From the NCBI GenBank assembly GCA_026770705.1, contig JANJGN010000052.1, forward strand, positions 2,666,001 through 2,730,000: 64,000 nucleotides of DNA, written 5' to 3'. The stretch is from Isurus oxyrinchus (taxonomy: Eukaryota). Each line of letters begins with the position of its first letter. Within the stretch, counting starts at the first letter, position 1. The notes under the pieces were generated by a model, which was given only the letters and a program-made list of their open reading frames with translations, ran no database searches and was not told the DNA's origin. Below, piece by piece: positions 1 to 10,400 of this stretch. Position numbers and translations under genes: made by a program.

Positions 1-345
1 TGTGTGAGAGAGAGAGATAGAGCAGAAGAGTGTGATAGAGAGAGATTGTGAGTGTTAGAGAGAGAATGTGTGTGTGTGTGAGAGAGATAGAGCAGAAGAG
101 TGTGATAGAGAGAGATTGTGAGTGTTAGAGAGAGAATGTGTGTGTGTGTGAGAGAGATAGAGCAGAAGAGTGTGATAGAGAGAGATTGTGAGTGTTAGAG
201 AGAGAATGTGTGTGTGTGAGAGAGAGAGATAGAGCAGAAGAGTGTGATAGAGAGAGATTGTGAGTGTTAGAGAGAGAATGTGTTTGTGAGAGAGAGAGAT
301 AGAGCAGAAGAGTGTGATAGATAGAGATTGTGAGGGCTAAACTCA
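1..345. repeat. Compound (GA)n/(GT)n minisatellite, ~68-70 bp unit
   Basis: Repeated tgtgtgagagagatagagcagaagagtgtgatagagagagattgtgagtgttagagagagaa. Confidence 0.9.
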
Positions 346-602
346 CTGAGAGAAAAAGCTGGACACCCAGCAGAGGGAGTGAGGGAACAATGAATTTTTG
401 CCGTGTTTGGTGAATCAGTTTGCGATGTCCCTTCTCAATCTCTCCTTCCTTGTCTTGACGTTAGTTTACTCCCTGGGGCTGTTTAATTCCCTGAAAGGTG
501 CCATTTAAACACAAGTTGTTGTTGTTTGAGGAAGAAACACTGGAGACAATTTCTGAAAAAGTCTCTGTCTTTATCATTTTCCATTTAGATGAGGAACTGA
601 AG

Positions 603-648
603 ATGGGAGAGGTCGGTCTGATACTGATCTTCATCAGCTTGCTGCAAG
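603..648 (+). pseudogene. Signal-peptide exon of a + strand Siglec-like pseudogene (MGEVGLILIFISLLQ-G)
   Basis: Acceptor ttag at 585-588, ATG 603, hydrophobic leader, phase-1 GT donor at 649; in frame with the V exon at 1469. Confidence 0.8.
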
Positions 649-959
649 GTACAAATTCATTACTGATCGGAACTCAGGGAATTGGATTCTTTCCTGGAGT
701 GAGGAAGTGAACATTTAATTTTAGAGAACAGGGTTAGTGATCACACAGAGAGTGAGTGATTAGCGAGTCAGAGAATTTAGCAAAAGCATAAGTCTCATAC
801 GGACTCGAAACACCAACTCTGTTTCTCTCTCCACAGATGCTGTCAGACCTGCTGAGTTTTTCCAGCATTTTCTGTTTGTGCATCAGAGAGCTTGTTTCAA
901 TAGGAATGACAGTGCATTTATATAGCACCTTTAATGCAGTAAAACATCCTTATTGCTTC

Positions 960-1435
960 ACAGGATTCCCCCACAAGGGGTAACATCCCCTCAGCATCCA
1001 CCCTGTCAAACCCCCCACCACCTCAGAATCTTATATGTTTCAATAAGATCACCTCTCATTCTTCTAAACTCCAATGGATACAGGGCCCAACCTGCTCAAC
1101 ATTTCCTCATAAGACAAACCCCCTTCATCCCAGGAATCAGCCCAGTGAACCTCCTCTGAGCTGCCTCCAATGCAGAGTCTATCCCTCCCTAAGTAAGGAG
1201 ACCAGAACTGTACACACTGCTCCTGATACAATCTCACCAACGCCCTGTACAGTTGTAGCAAGACTTCCCTCCTTTTATACTCCATCCCTTTGCAATAAAG
1301 GCCAACATTCCACTTGCCTTCCTCATTCCGTGGTGTTCCTGAATGCTGACTTTCTGTGATTCATGTACAAGGACACCCAGATCCCTCTGTGTCGCATTCT
1401 GTAGACTCTCTTCATTGAAGTAATATTCTGCTTTT
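960..1435 (-). mobile_element. CR1 LINE ORF2 3' fragment
   Basis: MEYKRREVLLQLYRALVR...CVQFWSPYL motif typical of the CR1 ORF2 C-terminus. Confidence 0.85.
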
Positions 1436-1468
1436 TGATGTCCTGTCCCCTCCCTTGTTGCCTTTCAG

Positions 1469-1758
1469 GAGTGACGTCAGAGGGATGGTCTATGAAGGCG
1501 CTGCCTCGGAGGGCCATCAGCAGCTCTTGTGTGGTTATTCCGTGTAGCTTTGACTTTCCTTCCCACTCTTACACAGCACTGCACGGAGCTTGGTATAAAT
1601 ATTGGTATAGATGGAAATATACCATCACATACACCAAAGATCCCAATTATGCGATGGCCACATTCGTGGGACGTGCTAAAATAATCGGCGACTTGGAAGG
1701 GAAGAATTGTTCGGTGGGGATTGACAGTCTCAGAGCTGAAGACAGTGACGTGTATTAC
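1469..1758 (+). pseudogene. Siglec/MAG/CD22-type V-set exon truncated at DSDVYY
   Basis: Acceptor tttcag ending 1468; W...SCVVIPCSFDFP...GAWY...GRAKIIGDLEGKNCSVGIDSLRAEDSDVYY, then runs into Gypsy gag with a stop at 1768-1770; no FR motif, G strand or downstream Ig exons found. Confidence 0.85.
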
Positions 1759-2900
1759 ACCCAATTCTAAATCTTTTCACCAATTAGTTGTCCTCATGAA
1801 GATGTGTTTTCAGCCGAAGCCGTGGGTAATAATGCAGAGGTTTAAGTTTAACTCCAGAGTAAGGGCCCAGGGAGAGTCCATCGCAACCTATACAGTGAAG
1901 TGGAAGCAGGTGACTGAGCACTGGGACCTCGGAGACACACTCAATGACATGTTGCGGGGCCGATTGGTTTGTGTCGTTCACCCCAACGCCATTCAGAGCC
2001 GTTTACTCGCAGAAGCCGACATCGATTTGAACCGCGCCATGGAAATAGCGCCAGGCATGGAATGTGCTGGGAGAGACTGGCGGGATCTACAGGAATATGC
2101 AACATGGCGCCAGTCCTCAGCTGGGACAGGAACCAACCACCGGGCGTGAGGCTCAAACTGGAGAGAGAGAGAGAGAGAGGGAGAGAGAGAGAGAGACAGC
2201 CGCCAAGCGAGAGACAGTCTCTGCCGCTCCAGAAACTAAAAGCCTTCGTGGGAGTATTTCAGCAGCAACTCCGAAGTTGGTCTGTTCTTGATGTGGTGGG
2301 GAGTGAGCACGTACCGGACACCTGCAGGTTCAAGGGGGCAGAATGCCATCACTGCCACAAGAAAGGGGTGGGTAATAAAGCAATGCAGGTTGAAATCGAG
2401 ACAGCCGATCAGGCAGTGCACCAACATGATGAAAGTGAATAATATCACAGAGCCTGAAGCTGCTGATACCGATGTCTATTCCCTGTCCAATGTCACAGTG
2501 GTAAAAACTGAACCTATAACCATCACAACCCAAGTGAATGGGCAGCCACTAGTAATGGGGCAGATACGGGAGCCTCAGACACAGTGGTGGAAGAGCCCAC
2601 ATTTAAACAGCTAAATGAAGGAACCCAGACGCTGAATTTAGAGCCAACAATGGATCAGCTGAAGACACACACTGGAGAATCCATACAGGGAAAGGACCTC
2701 ATCCCAGTACCTGTGTCCTACAGGCAGCAGACAGCCCAGCTTCCAGTGATCATAGCGACAGGTGAGGGCCCTAGTCTTCTGGGCCGAGACTGGTTCCAGA
2801 AAACCAAGCTCAGCTGCTCTGAAATGTTTCACTGGAGGAGTTGCTGAGTTGCTGGGGGAATATGAGAGTGTATCTCGGAATGAGTTTGAAGAATTGAAGC
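1759..2900 (+). mobile_element. Decayed Ty3/Gypsy gag-protease fragment
   Basis: KSFHQLV...QRFKFNSRVRAQGESIATY...LNDMLRGRLVC gag; CHHCHKKG zinc-knuckle remnant; DTGAS protease motif near 2563; frameshifted. Confidence 0.85.
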
Positions 2901-3145
2901 ATCCTCACAGGCTGCAAGTGTCCCTCAGGTCAGAGTTGGTTCCACTGGAAAATCCTGAAGAGAAAGAAAGCGAATTCTGTGCCGCTCTGAGCAAACTGAA
3001 GAAACAGTTGGCAGGGAAGACCCAACCATGTCCAATGTTCCAGGAGGAAGGCAAGAGATACAAGGAAGAGACTGAAGAGCTGAAGATTCAGCTGAATGAA
3101 ACCAAAGAGGCAGTTACAGTATCACAACAAGTTTACAGTGCAGAA

Positions 3146-3340
3146 GGAGGCCATTCAGCCCCTTGAGCCTGTTACACTTGAACAGGAGGAGGTCCATTCA
3201 GCCCCCTCAAGCCTGTTACACAGGAACAGGAGGAGACCCATTCAGCCCCATTGAGCCTGTTACACAGAAAAAGGACGAGGCCCATTCAGCCACTGTTGCC
3301 CATTACACAGGAACAGGAGGAGGCCATTCAGCCCCTTGTA
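3146..3340. repeat. ~38-bp tandem repeat (CR1 3'-tail derived)
   Basis: ggaggaggcccattcagccccctcaagcctgttacacaggaaca units; reverse complement of the array at 62930-63970. Confidence 0.85.
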
Positions 3341-4564
3341 GGGTGTGGTGGTGTGTGTCAGCTTCACCTGCGACTTCTGAGCCATCTGAATCACTCCCAC
3401 TCCCTGGGTTCTAGACCTTGGACTTATTCGGGGCTTGTCACAAAGTGCAGCAGACAACTGGTTTTGGTGCAAGACAAAAACTGAGTTTACTGAAGTCACA
3501 AATGAACTTATAACATTAGGATGACACTGAGATTATACAGACTTACAAAGTACACTGAGTTAAGAATAGGGAACACATGGCATAACGAGGGAGAATCACG
3601 CTACTAATGCCCTTACCCTTGTCCCACCCCCAAACCCTAACTAAATTGCACTAGGAGAGGTCAGGGGTCACGCTCACCAACCCAGGGTTCCTTGACAGGT
3701 GGAAATCCAGCCAGGTAAGCCGGTTGCAGTTTTGGGGGACGCTCTTTGTGTCCTCTGGGGCCTGTCATCCCCACGTGGTCCTGGTCTGTGGAATCTGTGA
3801 AGGGTCTTCAGTTGGGTGGAGGGCGCGGTTGTGGGTGGTCGATCTTCATGGAGGGCAGCAGTTGTGGCCTTGTTGTCTTCGGTTGAGCCTGCCACCCCGT
3901 GCCCCTCACCGTGATGTTGCCTGTGGGCCTGCAAACCTCCAGATCTCCTTGCTTAAACTCTGTTTCAACCACTCCCAACTGCTCACTGCCCTGTGTCAGC
4001 TTTCAACACTGCAACCCTTCTGCTGGCTGGTTTCTCTCCCAACTGACTGCCCACTTATACTGCCTTTCGAGTTTCTTATCGCAATCCAAATCAAGGTTCG
4101 TTCTTTGTTTGTCTTTGGTGGGCTTCCCCAGGTGATTGATATCTCGTTGTTGTTAATGGGCTCGCATGATGTTTATCATTGTCTTCCTGCCCAGTAACTA
4201 GTTTTGAACTGAAAGCCACTGTATGTGTTGAGTATTGATGGGTTCGCATAATTAAATTGCCGGCCTCAGAAGTTAGGAGCGATTATTGATGCAAGATTTA
4301 GATGGGCTTCAGTTGCGTGTGAAGTGAAGTCTTTCTCTGGGTTGATTGTATTAAAGGGAAGAATGCGTATTCTGTCTCCTCTCGTTGTCTGGTTTCAGGC
4401 CAAACATTCCACACTGCTCTCAATAAGCCCGCACATGTGCAGCCCCAGGCCTTCATGGGCCCAGCCTCCTGTCTGCAGGGTTTTCCACTTAACTCAGCAG
4501 TTTAAAGGTGCAAAAGTGATATCCTTGTTGATGATATGGAAAATGTGGGAATTTTGAGAACCCT

Positions 4565-4960
4565 TCAAGAGATAGGGAGGGTTGTGGGGGCTGGAGGAGG
4601 TTACAGGTATAGGGAGGGGTGTAGGGGTTGAAGGTGGCTACAGAGATGGGGAGGGTTGTGGGGGTTGGAGGTGGTTACAGATATAGGGAGGGGTGTAGGG
4701 GTTGAAGGTGGTTACAGAGATGGGGAGGGTTGTGGGGGTTGGAGGTGGTTACAGATATAGGGAGGGGTGTAGGGTTTGAAGGTGGTTACAGAGATGGGGA
4801 GGGTTGTGGGGGTTGGAGGTGGTTACAGATATAGGGAGGGGTGTAGGGGTTGAAGGAGGTTACAGAGATGGGGAGGATTGTAGAGGCAGGTGGAGGCTGC
4901 CTTAGGGAGGGTTGTAGGGGCTGGAGGAAAGGGACAGAGAGAGGAGGTTACAGATATATG
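4565..4960. repeat. 32-bp minisatellite (L2-derived)
   Basis: ggaggtggttacagagatagggagggttgtaggggttg units. Confidence 0.9.
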
Positions 4961-5109
4961 GAGGGAGACAGTCAGAGAGAGAGCCTCCAGGAGATAGAGA
5001 GCGATAGAGAGATTGAGAGACAGACAGAGACTGAGAGAGGGAGAAGAGAGAAGGAGAGTGAGAGAGAGAGAGAACAAGTGTGAAAGATGGTGGAAGGGAA
5101 GAGTGGGGA

Positions 5110-5465
5110 GGTGTTGGCCTGATGGTATTTTCACTGGACCAGTAATCCAGAGACCCAGTGTAATGCTCCTGGGACCCTGGTTAGAATCTCACCACAGCAG
5201 TTGGTGGAATTTCAATTCAATAAAAACCTGGAATTAAAAGTCCGATGATGACCAGGAAACCATTGCTGATTCTTGTATTTGGGTCACAAATGCCCTTTAG
5301 GGAGGGAAATCTGCTGTCCTTACCTGGTCTGGCCTACATGTGACTCCAGACCCACAGCAATGTGGTTCACTTTTAAAAAGTGGCCTCTGAACAAGGGCAA
5401 TTAGGGTTGGGCAATAAATGCTGGCCTAGGCAGTGATGTCCACATCACATGAAAGAATGAAATAA
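5110..5465 (+). mobile_element. Shark SINE-like element with LINE-shared 3' tail
   Basis: tRNA-like 5' part; 3' tail gggcaataaatgctggcctagg...cacatcacatgaaagaatg resembles the tail at 16560-16630. Confidence 0.6.
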
Positions 5466-6049
5466 AAGGACAGAGAGGGACAGACAGAGTCGAGAGACAC
5501 CCAGAATGAAAAAAACACAGTAAACACTGGAAAATAAACATTCTGGTCTGATCTGGTCTTGTATACCTTCAAATGGAACACCAGTAAAACAGGGAAATAA
5601 GAGTACTGGGCCAAACTGTTAGAGAGGGTCACATTTAGAGAGAGAGAGAGAGAGAGAGAAAGAGGGAGACACTGAAAGAGATAAGGACAAGGAAAGAAAG
5701 AGTGAGAGAGAGAGACAGACAGAGACACACAAAGAAGTAGAAAGAAAGTGATAGAGATGAAGCAGGAGAGAATGAGGAGAAAGATAGATAGATAGAGAGA
5801 GAGGATGGTAGAGAAAGAGAACGAGAGGAAAAGAGACAAAGGCAGAATGTGATGGAACACTGAATCCTTGTCTATGCGTTTTGAAATCCAGCCCAGAACT
5901 ATCATTGGAAGATTCAGCGAGTGTCCAGTACAGGGGACCCAGCCCAACCTTCTCATCCTGACCTTCCCAGTGGGGCTGAAGAGGGCAGAGAGGAAACCTT
6001 CCTCTGTTATTCTGTTGTCGAATAAACACAACAATTCTGGAACTCTGCC

Positions 6050-6670
6050 CTTTCTATCTCACGGATTAGAATATAAGGGGGCAGAGGTCATGCTTCAGTC
6101 TACATAAAGCCCTGGCTAGACCACACCTGGAGTCACTGTGAGACATTCTGGGCCCCACACCTTAGGACGGATATATTGACCTCGGAGGGAGAGCAGTGTC
6201 AGTTTACCAGAATGAGACCGGGACTCCAAGGGTTAAATCACAAGGAGAGATTAAACACAAACTCGGCTTGTATTCCCTGGAAGTTAGAATGTTAAGCAGG
6301 AGATTTGATGAAAGTTCGCATGATATTAAGGGGAACAGATCGGGGGCGATAAAGAGAAACCATTTCCCCTGGTTGGGGGGAGTCTGGGACTCGGGGTCAG
6401 AGCCTAAATAGGAGAGGCTGACCTTTCAGGAGTGAAATTAGGAAGCACAAAGTGTGGGAGAAATTTGGAACGGTCTTCCCCAAACTGAAACTGATGCACG
6501 ATCAAGTTGTTCATTTTAAACCTGTGAGACTGATAGATTTTTGTTATCCAAAGGTATTAAAGGAGATGGGACAAAGGCATATGGGGCTAGTTTGCAGATC
6601 AGCCATGATCTCATTGAATGGTGGAGCAGGCTCGAGGGGCCAAATGGCCTCCTCCTACCCTCATGTAATA
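6050..6670 (+). mobile_element. CR1 LINE 3' fragment
   Basis: GLEYKGAEVML..., ctagaccacacctggagt, 3' tail gatcagccatgatctcattgaatggtggagcaggctcgagggg. Confidence 0.8.
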
Positions 6671-7042
6671 GAAACTTACCTGTCAGAAGCCAGTTTATGT
6701 TGATGTGAGTCTGAGTCGATGACTGAACCCAGTTGGTGACTTGTTCCATACAAAGCAAGAACGTTCATGCCCTTCAATGTTCCTGGATAAACCATGAACA
6801 AAGCTGGTGACAGACAGTCTCCACATGGTAAACACTGACCGATCAACACATGACATGGCTGTTAACCCTTAAACCTCAGCGTAAATCAGTTCCCCCTCGA
6901 GGCCCCTTGTCCAAAATAAAAGCAACGCACACAATTTGTAAAATAGTAAGTGTAGCAATGAGAGGAGTAAGGGGTTAGGGGGCATGCGGTTCACCTGATT
7001 TGCCAACATAAGAACCAGCCCCTCTGTTTTTGCTATGTTGTG

Positions 7043-7256
7043 TTGCGTCAATATGAACACATATTTGCACAAGGTGAAGGGCGTTGCGGAGGGACTGATA
7101 GTTCTCGGCGCCAGACAGTCAATGTCCCAGTGACCTTACTGCTGGTCCCAGGCCAGTGGGACAGGGAACATCGACACTGCAATATCCAGAAATGGGTGTG
7201 ATACCACACAGCTACCCACCCGCGGCTGTCCCCTTCAAGTGTTTCAGGTATAAGAG
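7043..7256 (+). promoter_or_regulatory. HAMP: Putative hepcidin proximal promoter
   Basis: TATAAGAG 7249-7256 (77 bp upstream of the ATG); GGCGCC 7107-7112 overlapping CAGAC (BMP/SMAD-element-like); TTGCACAA 7065-7072 (C/EBP-like); TTGCGTCA 7043-7050 (C/EBP-ATF/CRE-like). Confidence 0.6.
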
Positions 7257-7325
7257 CAGGAAGCTCCTCTAGTTACAAACCAAAGCATCAAAGCAGAGCC
7301 AGAAGATCAGAAGAGACAGGCAGAG

Positions 7326-7418
7326 ATGGGAAGCTCCCAGATGAAATGGCGACTTGTCTTGTTCACTCTGACTTTGCTGCTCTCCCTGCAGCTGAGTCAC
7401 TTCTTCTCCTTGTCGAGG
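7326..7418 (+). CDS. HAMP: Hepcidin exon 1 (signal peptide; alternative in-frame ATG at 7341)
   Basis: Hydrophobic leader downstream of TATA; donor GTAAGC at 7419. Confidence 0.85.
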
Positions 7419-10400
7419 GTAAGCTAAGAGATGTCCCTCTGGGTGAGGTGTTTCTTGCACATGACACTACATCTACCACCCAGATAGACTGGTCACTTCC
7501 GCAGTTTGATATTATTATGTTCGTGCCTTTAATATTGTCGCCCTCTATGAATTTAACATCATTTCCTTCTGTCATTTCCCCTGAAATTCTCATTCTTGTT
7601 TTCAATCCCTCCTCAGCGACTCCCTATCTCTGTAACCTCCTCCAGCCCGTACAACCCTCCCTATCTCTGTAAACTCCTCCAGCCCCTACAACCCTCCCTA
7701 TCTCTGTAACCTCCACCAGACCTTACAACCCTCCCTATCTCTGTAACCTCCTCCAGCCACTACACCCCTCCCTATCTCTGTAACCTCCTCCAGCCGCTAC
7801 AACCCTCCCTATATCTGTAACCTCCTCCAGCCCCTACAACAATCCCCATCTCTGTAACTTCCTCCAGCCCCTACAACTGTCCCTATCTCTGTTACCTCCT
7901 CCAGCCCCTACAACACTCCCTATCTCCGTAACCTCCTCCAGCCCCTACAACCCTCCCTATCTCTGTAACCTCCTCCAGCCCCTATAAACCTCCCTATCTC
8001 TGTAACCTCCCCCAGGCCCCACAACCCTCATGATCACTGTAAACTCCTCTAGACCCTACAACCCTCCCTATCTCTGTAACCTCCTCCAGACCCTACAACC
8101 CACCCTATCTCTGTAACCTCCTCCAGGCCCCACGACCCTCAGAATCACTGTAACCTCCTCCAGCCCCTACAATGCTCATGAACTCTATAACGTCCTCTCC
8201 ACACTATAACTCTCCCTATCTCTGTAACCTACTGTGGCCCCTACAGCAGTATCTATTTTGGTAACCTCCTCCAGCCTCTACAACCCTCCTTACCTCTGTA
8301 ACCTCCTCCAGCCCCCACAACCCCCCCCATCTCTTTAACCTCCTACAGCCCCTACTCACCTCCCTATCTCTGTAACCTCCTACAGCCCCTACAACCTTCC
8401 CTATCTCTGTCACCTCCTACAGCCTCTAGAACCCTCCCTATCTCTGTTACCTCCTACAGCCTCTACAACCCTCCCTATCTCTGTAACCTCCTCCAGCCGG
8501 AACAACCCTACCTAAATCTCTGGTCTGAGTCTCACTCCAGGGAATTCAGTCCCATAACGTCGGTCAACACTCCGTGCTGAGGGAGTGCTGCACTGTCAGA
8601 GGGTCAGTAGTGTGGAAGTGTTGCACTATTGGAGGGACAGTACTGAGTGAGTGCTATACTGTCGGAGGTCAGTACTGAGGGAGTGCTGCTGTGTCGGAGG
8701 GTCAGTACTGAGGGAGCGCTGCACTGACGGAGGGACAATACTGTGGGAGTGCAGCACTATCGAAGGGTTAGTACTGAGGGAGTGCTGCTGTGTCGAAGGG
8801 TTAGTACTGAAATAGAGCTGCACTGACGGAGGGACAGTACTGAGGGAGCGCAGCACTATTGAAGGGTTAATACTAAGGGAGTGCTGCAGTGTCAAAGGGT
8901 TAGTACTGAGGGAGCACAACAATGTTGAATGAGACATTAAACTGAGTCCCCCGTCTGCCCTCTCGGGCGGGTGTGAAAGATCCCACAGCCACTATTTGGA
9001 GGAAGAGCAGGGGGTGTTCTCCCCGGTGTCCTGGCACCAATATTTATCCCTCACCCAACATCACCAAAAACAGATGATCTAGGCCATGATCACATTGCTA
9101 TTTGTGGGATCTTGCTGTGCACAAATCAGCTGCCACATTTCCTACAGTGTGAGTGCACTTCAAAAACATCCTTCAGTGGCTGTGAAATGCTTTGGGATGT
9201 GGTGAAAGGCGTTAGAGAAATGCAAGTCTGTCCTCCTCCCCCTCTCTCTCCTGTACCTCTCTCTCTCTCTCTCCCTCTCCCTCAATCCTCCTCTCACTTT
9301 CTCCCTGATAAATTCTTTCTTTTTGCAGGTTGACACTGCTTTAGGTTCTTCGACGATTGAGAAATCTGTGGATTCCCCGGACACGGTAGGTGGAAATTCA
9401 TTCCTTATTTTAAGGTTTCTCCCTGCTCGTTTCTTCCACAGAAAGTTTACTGATTTCAAGCTGATTTCAGTGGCAGTCTGTCTCGGTTATACTCAGGAGG
9501 CATGTTTGAAATCGAACCCCCCCCGCCCCCTTTTTTTGCAAAGCTGGGAAGAGACAATTCCAAGGAAGTGAACATATCCCCACAGGAATTTTAAATGTAA
9601 CCCACGCCGGGAATAGTGAGAGGGAGACTGATCCAGCCTGGGAGTGGGTTAAAGAGAGGCTGGGAGTCGAGAGTCGGAGAGAGGGATGGAATGGGGGAGG
9701 GAGGGATTGGAAGAGAGAGACAGAGAGTGGGACGGGGAGGGGTGAAAGGGAAAGAACATAGGTGGGAGAGAGTGACAGAGGGAGAAATTAAAGAGATGCA
9801 GAGTGAGGGAAAGTGAAAAGGGAAGAGAGATTGTCCAAGAGAGAGAAATTAACAGGGAAGGGAGAGTTACAGAGTGAGCGAAAGTTACAAAAATAGTGTG
9901 AGAGAGAGGGAGAGATACAGAGTGGGAGAAGGAGACAGGGGAGAGAGAGGGAGAGAGACAGGAAAAGGGAGAGAGGAGAGAAAGATTGGGAGAGAGGGCA
10001 ATTGAGAGGAAGAGTAGGAGAGAGAGAGACAGGGTGAGGAGGAGTGGATGAGAGGAAGAGAGAGAGAGATATGGAGCAGGAGAACACCTCCTCCGGTCCC
10101 GATGTTCCTCCAAAATCTCTGACATTACTGCATCTCCCGGGTCCCCCTGATTCCCATCGCTCCACCATTGGTGGCCGTGCCTTCAGCTGCCTGGGGCCCT
10201 GAGCTCCGGAATACCCTCCCTTAACCTCTCTGCCTCTCTCTCTCTCTCTCTCTCTCCTTTAAGACGCTCCTTAAAAACTGACATCTTTGACCAAGCTTTT
10301 GGTCACCTATCCCTAATATCTCCATATGTGACTCAGTGTTAGACTTCTCTCTGATTTACGCTCCGGTAATGTGGGCTGGGACATTTTGCAATGTCCGAGG

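Noticed and set aside
3437-4560. Possible LTR or gene with several overlapping ORFs
   Set aside because: No recognisable protein motif, termini or TSD that I can support
5426-6034. Hydrophobic 202-aa ORF (similar at 9649-10125)
   Set aside because: Translation of (CT)-rich low-complexity sequence
7346-7672. 108-aa ORF in the track
   Set aside because: Wrong frame over HAMP exon 1, running into intron and L2 sequence
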